Shown: positions 40,101 to 47,458 of the stretch, piece by piece
Layout: every line of letters starts with the position of its first letter
Position numbering within the stretch: position 1 is the stretch's first letter
Made by a program: the position numbers and the translations under genes
Source of the DNA: Elusimicrobiota bacterium
GTDB lineage: Bacteria > Elusimicrobiota > Elusimicrobia > F11
Assembly (NCBI GenBank): GCA_044221725.1
Contig: JBGAON010000004.1
Span: 32,001-96,000 of the forward strand
DNA: 64,000 bases
Direction: 5' to 3'
The notes under the pieces: model-generated
Databases searched by the model: none
Seen by the model: only the letters and a program-made list of their open reading frames with translations
Told to the model about the DNA's origin: nothing

Positions 40101-42911
40101 AGTCATCCACGCGGAATAGTTGCTGGAAGGCGCTATGCCAAAACAAACACGCCGATACGGCCACTCGGGTAGCTCGTCGCTCAAGAAGATTTTCGGCACG
40201 GCCTGCTGCAAAAGATCTCGCATTCTGCGTTCGCCGATATAAAGGCGCACGAGCGCCGATAGTCCGAGCGCAGGGTCGTTCGGGCGCACGAGCGCAGCAT
40301 GCCAGGCAATCTTTCGTGCCGATGAAACAGCGGCGGCATCCAGCTCGAGAAGGAATATTGACGCGTATTCGTTGCTCAGCCGACCCGGTTCGGCGCCCGG
40401 TCGATAAACGCGGACCCATCCAACCTTGTTCACTTCTTCAATTCTTTTAAACGTTTGTTCGGATACGCCCAATGCGCTCGTCGCCACGCGCACGGCGGCC
40501 GCGCGCTTGTTTTCTTTATCGATCGCGCGCATCGGCCCCTCAATGCCGGTCGTAACAAATTGGATTTCTCCATCGGCATCGCGCACGAACGGTAGCACGT
40601 GCACGGCTCTGTAAAACTGTCCCGCGCGCGCAACGCTATCCTGATCCAGCAGGCCTATGCGTTGTTGCGTTTTGGAATCGTACACCGGAATCAAATCTTT
40701 TTCGGTTTCGGAAAACACCAGCGGTTCTTGCGGAGGTTCGGCTATTTCCATGCGTGCGCCGAGATCTTTGTACAACAGCCACGGCTTGCCAGTGTGTTGT
40801 CGGTATTTAACGGCCAATATAGCGAGAACGAAATTAATAAGAGCCAACGGCAATACGCTCGTCACGACGACAAGATACGTTGACGCCTCAAGCCGCGCGA
40901 ACAAAACACCGAGCAAGGCGGAGAGGGATACGGCGTTCGCGGCAAACCAACTTGTTGCGAAACGCCGGTAATGTTCATGCCAGTAAGGATGATTCGGCGG
41001 AAGAATCGAAAGAATTTCCCAGTCGCCGCCCATGTCTTGTTTCAAAACACCGAACAAATGAACAACGAGATTGCCGGCAACCCAAATCCAAATTCCAAGG
41101 TCGGCATTCCACGCGAAAAGCGCGCCGGCAACCGCTCCTTCAAGCGCACCAAACAGCGTGAGGATCCAAGGGCTCGGCGTTTGGGATACGAGCCCTAGCT
41201 TTTGGAACGGAATCAGAAACGCGGCCCACGTGCCCGGCGACAGCGCCACACTGTTATCAATTCGCACATCATCGATGCGCTGTTCATTCACCGATGCAGC
41301 GAGCGTAGTACCGCGGTACGAAACGTGAGCGACACCGTTTTCCAAATAAGATTCTGGTTGGTCATTCCCGGAGCCGACCCACGCGCCGAGACCACGCCTC
41401 GTCAAAGGCCGCCCTTGGACGGTATCCCATAACCAAAACAAATAGGCCATCAGCTGGCCGTAGGATGGTCTCCACACGATCGGCGTGACAAAAAGTCGGT
41501 CGGCGTCAAACAATCGGTCAAGCGGAGATTTGCGATTCGCGAACGTGTTTAAATATCCCGCTGGGTCGAGTGCACGATTTGTTTTTGTGAAATGCGGTCG
41601 GATTCGAACAACGGAACAACCGGCCGACGTGAGCGCGTTGGCAACCTGACGTGCGTGAAATCCACCCACGACAAGCGCCGCGTTCGTAGCCTCCGACGTG
41701 CGGAGCGCTGCGCGGAAACGTTCGATGAACGCATGATCGCGGGCTTCGGCGGCGCTGTAAAAATTCTCGAACGGCGTCGGATCCAATTCAGCGGGCAAAT
41801 TATTCCGTCGGAAAGGCGCTTCTTGTTTGTAGCGCTCCCATTCGCTGCGCGTGAGCATAAACGCGTAGAGTTTGTTAAGCAGATCCAAATAAAAATAACG
41901 GCTTAAAGCTTCGCGCTCGAATTGCGTGGCCGGAAGAACCCCCACCAGATTTTTCTGCACAGCAAGTGCCTCGTCGCTCAACTGTTCCACGTCAACACTC
42001 TCGCTCCATTCAAGATAAGCCAAGTAGCGCGATAGTTGCTTCCGTTCCGGAGCGGTCAATGCATTCTTAAGCACAAGCCGAACGATCGGTTGGGGCCCGA
42101 CGCGTTGCGCGCGCAAATCGGCAAGCGCGTGCACGAGAAGTGCGCGTTCGGCTCCGTTCGCTCGCCACACGGCGCGTTCGAGTGCGTGCGCGAGCGTCGC
42201 CTGTATGCCGGAAAAATCCAATTGCGATTCCGCGTTGGCCGCTGCGAGCGCCCGCAATGCGTTCGGTGAGAGTTGCGTCCATTTTTGCAGCTGGCCGAGG
42301 AAATCAAAAAAGCCGATACGACCATTTTCAAAATCCGCCTTTCGTTCCAGGTAAATGCGGAGGCGTTTGTTGCCGGTGGTCCGAAGCGTTTCGGCAATTC
42401 CTTCGCGCAGAGCGTTCGAGCGACGCCGAAGATTTGACTGCCGCGGTCGCGCAGCCAAGTACGAATTCACGTTTGCGTTGTACAGAAATTTATCGTCGAC
42501 ACCGACGACATTGGGAACCGTTCCTCGAGCGAGAAGCGCGGCTTTAACGGCACCGGAAATCCTCTTTGTACGGAACAAATAATCGGCGGCTGCTTGAACG
42601 GCATCATTGCGGGGATACCGACGAGCCGGAGAGATTTGTATATCACCGAACGCACCTTCAAGACCGAGAAGCTCGACCGATTTTTTTTCGAGCAGCGATC
42701 GAACGGTCCGTTCAATATCGGCTTGGGCTTCGGCGTGCATGTGAATATCTTCAATAATGAAAACGGTTTGGTTCGAAGCAAAACGAGGGGCGGGAAGCGA
42801 CTGCGACGCTGCCAAATCCGCGGTCATGGCCGAGACGCAAACGACGACCGTCATCAACACGCGGATTGGCGCCAAACAAAAACAACGAACGTTGGAAAGA
42901 AGAGAGCTCAC
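37137..42911 (-). CDS. 1924-aa mosaic multidomain membrane protein (EreA/ChaN/TIKI-like N-terminus, TM modules, Nudix-like, NadD-like and phosphodiester-glycosidase-like domains)
   Basis: Uninterrupted 5.8-kb ORF with signal peptide; motifs IEDIH, LEGAFG, RD..F, VVGGFH; FYRAVHVLPF; RFDPPGFHH..PFDKRVWM; RLAMTVFGLDAQG..SLAQMTEIAREAG; TATAAT-N6-GTG start. Confidence 0.8.
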   Translation of the reverse strand: MSSLLSNVRCFCLAPIRVLMTVVVCVSAMTADLAASQSLPAPRFASNQTVFIIEDIHMHAEAQADIERTVRSLLEKKSVELLGLEGAFGDIQISPARRYPRNDAVQAAADYLFRTKRISGAVKAALLARGTVPNVVGVDDKFLYNANVNSYLAARPRQSNLRRRSNALREGIAETLRTTGNKRLRIYLERKADFENGRIGFFDFLGQLQKWTQLSPNALRALAAANAESQLDFSGIQATLAHALERAVWRANGAERALLVHALADLRAQRVGPQPIVRLVLKNALTAPERKQLSRYLAYLEWSESVDVEQLSDEALAVQKNLVGVLPATQFEREALSRYFYLDLLNKLYAFMLTRSEWERYKQEAPFRRNNLPAELDPTPFENFYSAAEARDHAFIERFRAALRTSEATNAALVVGGFHARQVANALTSAGCSVVRIRPHFTKTNRALDPAGYLNTFANRKSPLDRLFDADRLFVTPIVWRPSYGQLMAYLFWLWDTVQGRPLTRRGLGAWVGSGNDQPESYLENGVAHVSYRGTTLAASVNEQRIDDVRIDNSVALSPGTWAAFLIPFQKLGLVSQTPSPWILTLFGALEGAVAGALFAWNADLGIWIWVAGNLVVHLFGVLKQDMGGDWEILSILPPNHPYWHEHYRRFATSWFAANAVSLSALLGVLFARLEASTYLVVVTSVLPLALINFVLAILAVKYRQHTGKPWLLYKDLGARMEIAEPPQEPLVFSETEKDLIPVYDSKTQQRIGLLDQDSVARAGQFYRAVHVLPFVRDADGEIQFVTTGIEGPMRAIDKENKRAAAVRVATSALGVSEQTFKRIEEVNKVGWVRVYRPGAEPGRLSNEYASIFLLELDAAAVSSARKIAWHAALVRPNDPALGLSALVRLYIGERRMRDLLQQAVPKIFLSDELPEWPYRRVCFGIAPSSNYSAWMTGNGLTFIHIGGRDNTIDFNIGDDVSSTSNDAAQYSPVYDVIDPVVGQSDTPIIRYLKRDGSEFFWDGRRADDRHIVRPDQKSLDLLSEIYQRFYRELRKLLRFRAENVSDVRELQHIIFKFNHSYKALWARVQFGDVVLSDGPADIPTVAVVLPERFDPPGFHHVGLLLDTLEKVTEQRVGVRTRYQLFFAPDPQETSNVPFDKRVWMTREIARAVHPLIQTLSEPVPTLTSVNHVFVIDSSNANDKHHLAQIDQLLGDYGVSRNIVRFVPGQGRTSSVERPRELVVTDRATFTDDASATRRPLLVTLALQKYFYRHGLYGVELPYISLAPDPQRQSLQSLYEQMPPPIFLSFLWTGFYKVSPVVALRWPGPLVENIALAILVDAFGPTNRLLWAAIVALSVLRLARVHVFDTTEHNWVSKRAGQVSLTAWSISLAASLVASSTVVLAMLANPTDRFGIEVGAAAGFIVQRFFNEVFASWPRVAVWINHKISLADQISFESVHAVGADLDVRGLLFTAKPGSIQLWQGWDDAVRHANALDLFSDPAIPKGKDVVGWVETFARWSAAESARHSPEELRSLPVSIDADATTRAFFGLNLSQGHAWEPNWLVIWDGALVVREQGLGINQKTPRKPYGIHWVMVFDPDKTGIYPLFLDDHGYPMDQNDRPKLTALDGSALDWIGEHDGKLYLFAANGERRNANPIQSGFSGVPILDDGMPTLQLSSNPNVSRSDREAREPRFGKKPAEQGLDLGWADEKNRLAMTVFGLDAQGQIKILQVWGKQTGPKEPSLAQMTEIAREAGLKSAILGGTSGDVQHWIRVGLFSAFGLKIPAWLASEEPSISNSTLGRQGSMFQKSTAHPESGSRQLGHGGVIVLTPGAWTAISRARQQQRTRRPPAQRLFPLFGLAGLLLFMTESMPAELRLLGTALALVGLDIEFRLSSRMLRLGINQLLGSRPKKQKMPARGPNSGSPLPRWNENFRSVHTMLAAA

Positions 42912-42976
42912 ATAAGAATTATAGGAGCAACCCTCTTAATGCCGCATGAAGGAATAGTAAATGTGTTGTAACAAGT

Positions 42977-42993
42977 GGGCTTTAAGGAAGCCC
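42977..42993 (-). terminator. Possible weak terminator hairpin after the GAF-ANTAR gene
   Basis: GGGCTT-N5-AAGCCC just downstream of the stop codon; poor U-tract. Confidence 0.35.
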
Positions 42994-43001
42994 GAAAATC
43001 C

Positions 43002-43730
43002 TCATTTTTTGCGCAGCGGGTATGCCACTATGATCGCGTTTGCGATTTCCACCATGGGCTTGCGTTGATCACGGCTTGTTTTTTGCAGCAATTGGTGCGC
43101 TTCGGGTTCGCTCAGGCCGTCCTTTTCCATAATAAGGGACTTCGCTTGCTCGATGCGCTTGCGTTCCTCGAGCGCTTGCTTCACTTCAAGGTTTTCCTGG
43201 CGCAGTTTCGTGTGCTCAATGGCGACGGCCGCCTGATTTGCTACGGCCTGAAGGATTTTTACCTCAAGGTCGGTGAATTCATGAGGCTTGTTTGTGTAGC
43301 TGTTGATAACACCAATCACGCGACCGTCGATTTGCATGGGCACGGACAGCATCGAGACGTACCCTTCTTTCTTTGCGATTTCGGGAAAGCCGTAGGTTGA
43401 ATCTTTTGTGACATCCACCACCATTACCGGCTTCTTCTGTTGCACGGCGCGGCCGGAGACGCTGTCGCCCACTTTAACCGGAGGTTTGCTCACGTATTCG
43501 GAGCTTAACGCCTGTGTCGCCGCAATTTTCAAAACATTCTTCTCAGGATCCAGCAACATGAGCGAGCAAATCTTTGATTTCATGACCTCAGCGGTCATCG
43601 TCACAATCAGTTGCAAGATCTCCTGCAGATAGGTTTTCGACACCAAGCTTTGGCTGATGTGCCAAAAGAGCTCAATTTCTTTCTGATTTCCCATGTCCGT
43701 GTAAGGAATGCCCAACTCTTCAAGATTCAT
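43002..43730 (-). CDS. GAF and ANTAR domain RNA-binding antiterminator
   Basis: GAF: SMLSVPM..VIGVINSY..FTDLEVKILQAVANQAAVAIE; ANTAR: ALEERKRIEQAKSLIM..EAHQLLQKTSRDQRKPM. GGAGG SD before ATG 43730. Confidence 0.93.
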   Translation of the reverse strand: MNLEELGIPYTDMGNQKEIELFWHISQSLVSKTYLQEILQLIVTMTAEVMKSKICSLMLLDPEKNVLKIAATQALSSEYVSKPPVKVGDSVSGRAVQQKKPVMVVDVTKDSTYGFPEIAKKEGYVSMLSVPMQIDGRVIGVINSYTNKPHEFTDLEVKILQAVANQAAVAIEHTKLRQENLEVKQALEERKRIEQAKSLIMEKDGLSEPEAHQLLQKTSRDQRKPMVEIANAIIVAYPLRKK

Positions 43731-43742
43731 AAAACCTCCCAT

Positions 43743-43786
43743 AAAATAAAAAAGACGTCCCCCGGCAACTGCGCCAGAGGACGTCT
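43743..43786 (-). terminator. Intrinsic terminator in the leader of the GAF-ANTAR gene
   Basis: 14-bp stem AGACGTCCTCTGGC / GCCGGGGGACGTCT, 6-nt loop, followed by TTTTTATTTT. Confidence 0.88.
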
Positions 43787-43819
43787 ATGTCCTAAAAATT
43801 TTTCTTCGTCGATGTGAAG
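43778..43819 (-). promoter_or_regulatory. ANTAR-target dual-hairpin RNA motif
   Basis: P1 CTTCAC[ATCGAC]GAAG and P2 AGGAC[ATAGAC]GTCCT, both hexaloops with A1 and G4; P2 overlaps the 5' arm of the terminator. Confidence 0.82.
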
Positions 43820-43826
43820 CGCCGCC

Positions 43827-43854
43827 ACTATAGCAAACCCGTCGGAAACGTCAA
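43827..43854 (-). promoter_or_regulatory. Sigma70-type promoter of the GAF-ANTAR gene
   Basis: TTGACG-N16-TATAGT with an extended TG motif. Confidence 0.75.
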
Positions 43855-44016
43855 TACTGTTCCCACGTACGCGATGTCCATTCCGTTTATGTAAGCCGTT
43901 GACAGCGCGTTGCGCGTTGTCGAGATTTCGGCCCGATTGCGCCAGGAAATCGAAGCCTTGCTGGCGGTTTTAACGAAAGCATGAAGCGCTGACTTTTTTG
44001 CTACACTCCGCGCCTT

Positions 44017-44151
44017 ATGAAACCTTCGTATAACCCCAACGTTCGTCGTCGCAAAAAGAAAATTGGATTTCGGGCCCGCATGAAAACCGCGGGCGGCCGC
44101 GCCACGCTGAGCCGTCGCCGGTTCAAGAAAAGAAAACGGATCTCCGCTTAA
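44017..44151 (+). CDS. rpmH: 50S ribosomal protein L34
   Basis: Not in the ORF track. Manual translation: MKPSYNPNVRRRKKKIGFRARMKTAGGRATLSRRRFKKRKRISA. Confidence 0.95.
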   Translation: MKPSYNPNVRRRKKKIGFRARMKTAGGRATLSRRRFKKRKRISA

Positions 44152-44154
44152 GCG

Positions 44155-44233
44155 GTCACCCTGGAAATTTTTAATCCAGGGCCCATTTACCTGTCGGTAA
44201 AGTGGATCCTGGCTAAAAGATTGCCAGGATGAC
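44155..44233 (+). repeat. ~80-bp palindromic element, copy 4
   Basis: GTCACCCTGGA..ATCCAGGGCCCA-TTTACC-TGTC-GGTAAA-GTGGATCCTGG..GCCAGGATGAC between rpmH and yidD. Confidence 0.85.
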
Positions 44234-44244
44234 GAATCAGCCAC

Positions 44245-44475
44245 ATGGCCTCCTTTCTCTTAAAAATTCTTTCTTTCTATCAGAAAGCCATTTCTCCCTA
44301 CCTTGGCGCACGGTGTCGTTATGTACCATCGTGTTCCGAATTCACAAAACTGGCAGTTAATGAATGGGGGGCCTGGAAAGGAATGCGAATGGGGGTTGCA
44401 CGAATTCTTCGTTGCGCGCCGTGGGGCTCGAGCGGCCTTGACGTTCCACAGATGAAATATGAAAAACAATCTTAA
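44245..44475 (+). CDS. yidD: Membrane protein insertion efficiency factor YidD
   Basis: YQKAISP..CRYVPSCSE..RILRCAPW..GLDVP. Confidence 0.95.
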   Translation: MASFLLKILSFYQKAISPYLGARCRYVPSCSEFTKLAVNEWGAWKGMRMGVARILRCAPWGSSGLDVPQMKYEKQS

Positions 44476-46045
44476 TCTTCTACTCGCTGCCATCTTCATG
44501 ATGGGTTTCCTGATGTTTTGGGACAAAGTCGTGATGAGCCGTTACGGTGCACCGTCATCAAAACCCGTCGCCGGTTCGAAAGCCACCGCGTTGTCAGAGC
44601 CCGGCAAATTATCTCCGGCGGAATTGAAACCGCTTGTCGCTGGAAAAAATCCCGAACAAGAAACGCTGACGGTTCTTGAATCCGCCGACACGAAAATATC
44701 TGTTTTGAGCAAAGGGGCGCGCATCGCCAGCTGGCAAGTGAAAGAGCGGGACCACTGGATCGAACTCGTTGTGCCGGAACAGAAGCGCGTCGTATCGCCG
44801 CTCGAAACGTACGGCGATATTAATTTCGCTGCCAATAAAATGTCGGATCAAGCGGCAAGCTTTTCGGCTGTGCTTCCGAGCGGCGTTCAATTCACCAAGC
44901 AACTTGAACTTTTGGGCGAACCGCCGTTTCATCGCGTAACACTTACCGCGAAGAACCCGACGCAAACCGATGTTACGCTCAACACCGCTCTTCCGCTCGG
45001 CAATGGTGTCGACAAGCACGTTGTCGGCCGCGTTTACGACGTAAAAGATGAAAACGGCGCCATGGCCGAAAACCGCTCGATGGGTTTGGCGGCGCAGGTA
45101 AAATCGTGGCGCCCAGGATTCATTTTTGGACGTACGGTTGATCTTATGGATCCCACACCGTTTAAGTGGGTGGGCGTCGACAACAACCATTTCATGACGG
45201 TGTTGTTGCCGTCGGGCACGAACGACATTCCCGGTGCGAAAGTCGTGGCGGACCGGAAACATCCGCCCATGATCGCGGTTCCGCTGAACACGACGCTAAA
45301 ACCCAATGACGAATGGACACAAAGCTTTCTTTTGTACGGCGGCCCCAAAGATTACGACGATTTGAAGAAGGTCGGCCACAATCTCGATCAAGCGGTGAAC
45401 TTCGGATTTTTCGGAGTCATTTCAAAAATTCTTTTGCGCACGCTGATTTTCTTCGACTCAATCACGCACAATTACGGTTGGGCCATTATTCTTCTCACAT
45501 TTGCGATTCAGTTGCTCGTGTTTCCACTCACAAGGAAAAATCTTCAGCATTCGGTGCGCATGCGCGAGCTTCAGCCGCAGATCAAGAAACTGCAGGAACA
45601 GTTTAAAAGCGACCCGAAGCGGCTGCAGGTTGAGACGTTTAATTTTTACAAACGAAACGGCATGCGTTTCATGGGCATGGAAGGTTGCTTCCCGATGTTG
45701 CTGCAATTGCCGGTGTTTTTCGCGTTCTACTCGACGTTGCGCGTGGCGTACGAATTGCGCGGCGCGCCGTGGATTTTCTGGATTCACGACCTCGGCGCGC
45801 ACGATCCGTATTACGTGCTTCCTATTATTATGGGCGCCGGCATGTTTCTGCAGCAAAAACTCACCGCGGTGGCGGCGGATCCGGCCCAAGCGCGCATGAT
45901 GATGTTCATGCCCATTATGTTCACATTCATGTTTCTAAAATTGCCGGCCGGGCTCGTTCTCTATTGGTGCGTGAACAGTATGACCACCATCATCATCCAG
46001 AAATTTATCGGCCACAAAAACACTCCAGCCCTTTCCGCTACGTAG
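44459..46045 (+). CDS. yidC: Membrane protein insertase YidC
   Basis: YGGPK, NYGWAII, GCFPMLLQLPVFFAFY, DPYYVLP, LPAGLVLYW. Confidence 0.97.
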   Translation: MKNNLNLLLAAIFMMGFLMFWDKVVMSRYGAPSSKPVAGSKATALSEPGKLSPAELKPLVAGKNPEQETLTVLESADTKISVLSKGARIASWQVKERDHWIELVVPEQKRVVSPLETYGDINFAANKMSDQAASFSAVLPSGVQFTKQLELLGEPPFHRVTLTAKNPTQTDVTLNTALPLGNGVDKHVVGRVYDVKDENGAMAENRSMGLAAQVKSWRPGFIFGRTVDLMDPTPFKWVGVDNNHFMTVLLPSGTNDIPGAKVVADRKHPPMIAVPLNTTLKPNDEWTQSFLLYGGPKDYDDLKKVGHNLDQAVNFGFFGVISKILLRTLIFFDSITHNYGWAIILLTFAIQLLVFPLTRKNLQHSVRMRELQPQIKKLQEQFKSDPKRLQVETFNFYKRNGMRFMGMEGCFPMLLQLPVFFAFYSTLRVAYELRGAPWIFWIHDLGAHDPYYVLPIIMGAGMFLQQKLTAVAADPAQARMMMFMPIMFTFMFLKLPAGLVLYWCVNSMTTIIIQKFIGHKNTPALSAT

Positions 46046-46057
46046 GCCGGCTGAAAC

Positions 46058-47458
46058 GTGGAACGGAGCGCACCCACGTCCAACGTTGACACGATTGTCG
46101 CCATCGCAACGCCGCTCGGAGAAGGCGGGTTGGGTGTCGTTAGGCTTTCCGGCCCGCAGACGTTCACGATCGGCGACGCGCTATTTCGTTCCAAGAAAAA
46201 ACTTTCCGAAGCCGCGAATCACACGCTGCATCACGGATGGATCGAAAACATCGATGAGGTTATCGCATCCGTATTCCGTGCACCGCATTCGTACACGGGT
46301 GAAGACGTAGTGGAGTTTTCCTGCCACGGAAGCCCCGTTGTTTTGAAAGACGTGGTTCGGCTTTGCGAAGCCCATGGCGCGCGGCCCGCACGCCCCGGCG
46401 AATTTACCGAGCGAGCGTACCTAAACGGAAAATTGGATTTGCCGCAAGCCGAAGCGGTGGCCACGTTGATACATGCACAGTCCTCGCGCGCCCGCGCCGC
46501 GGCCACGCAACAATTGCAGGGCCAGCTCTCAATGCGCGTAAACGTGTTGCGCGAACAGCTGATCAAGTTGTTGGCGCAAATCGAAGCCAATTTGGATTTT
46601 GCGGAAGAGGGCGTGCCTATCATTGAGACGGACAAAGCGGTCAAAGCGCTGGAGAACGTGCTCGCGGGATTGGAAGACTTGCTCGCCACGAGCATGAAAG
46701 GACGCTTGCTGCGTGAAGGCGTGCGGGTAGCCTTTGCCGGTAAACCAAACGTGGGCAAGTCGTCTCTTTTTAACGCGCTTTTGGCGGAGGACCGTGCAAT
46801 TGTGACCGACGTCCCGGGCACCACGCGCGACACGCTCGAAGAGAAAATGGAATGGAACGGCGTGCCCATCACGCTCGTCGACACGGCCGGACTGCGCGCC
46901 ACGGCGGATTCGGTCGAGTCGCAGGGAACCGCGCGCGCGAAACGCGCGCACGAGCAAGCCGATGTGGTGTTGCTTGTGTTGGACGTCAGTGCGCCGCTCA
47001 CCAACGAAGACCGCGAAATCGCGAATCAATTGAAAGATAAAAAAGTGGTCACCGCGTTCAACAAAGTAGACAAAATTTCTTCGTCGGCAATGGCGTCCGC
47101 CACGCACCTTATCACCGATGCAAATCCCGCCAGCGCAAAATTGGCCGCGATGGTTTCTGCGCAGAGCGGCGAAGGGCTCGCGGAACTCAAGAAGACCATT
47201 GTGAACGCGGTGGCAACGAACGCGACCGCTGAAACCGAATCCTCGGTGATCGTCACAAATCTTCGTCACGTGCATCATCTCGAGAAAACGCGCGGTCATC
47301 TCGTGAGCGCGCGCGACGCCGTGCGAACAAATCAATCAGAAGAATCAATTGCGATTGATTTGCGGGCGGCGCTTGAACAACTGGGCGCAATTACCGGCGA
47401 ATCGGTGACGGAAGACGTGCTGAGTTCGATTTTCCGCCAGTTCTGCATCGGTAAATGA
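46058..47458 (+). CDS. mnmE: tRNA modification GTPase MnmE
   Basis: DTIVAIATP, GKPNVGKSS, GTTRD, DTAG, NKVD, FCIGK. Confidence 0.98.
   Translation: MERSAPTSNVDTIVAIATPLGEGGLGVVRLSGPQTFTIGDALFRSKKKLSEAANHTLHHGWIENIDEVIASVFRAPHSYTGEDVVEFSCHGSPVVLKDVVRLCEAHGARPARPGEFTERAYLNGKLDLPQAEAVATLIHAQSSRARAAATQQLQGQLSMRVNVLREQLIKLLAQIEANLDFAEEGVPIIETDKAVKALENVLAGLEDLLATSMKGRLLREGVRVAFAGKPNVGKSSLFNALLAEDRAIVTDVPGTTRDTLEEKMEWNGVPITLVDTAGLRATADSVESQGTARAKRAHEQADVVLLVLDVSAPLTNEDREIANQLKDKKVVTAFNKVDKISSSAMASATHLITDANPASAKLAAMVSAQSGEGLAELKKTIVNAVATNATAETESSVIVTNLRHVHHLEKTRGHLVSARDAVRTNQSEESIAIDLRAALEQLGAITGESVTEDVLSSIFRQFCIGK

Noticed and set aside
37137..43854. The insert between dnaA and rpmH as a prophage or transposon
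   Set aside because: No integrase, transposase, phage gene or flanking direct repeat was seen.
43901..43921. Hairpin GACAGCGCG-TTG-CGCGTTGTC between divergent promoters
   Set aside because: Single occurrence with no U-tract; no function can be assigned.
43828..44244. 138-aa minus-strand ORF
   Set aside because: Antisense to rpmH and the repeat; no recognisable motif and not RnpA.
46050..46066. Possible parS site (ACGTGGAAC)
   Set aside because: Only one half matches TGTTNCACGTGAAACA; it is not palindromic.
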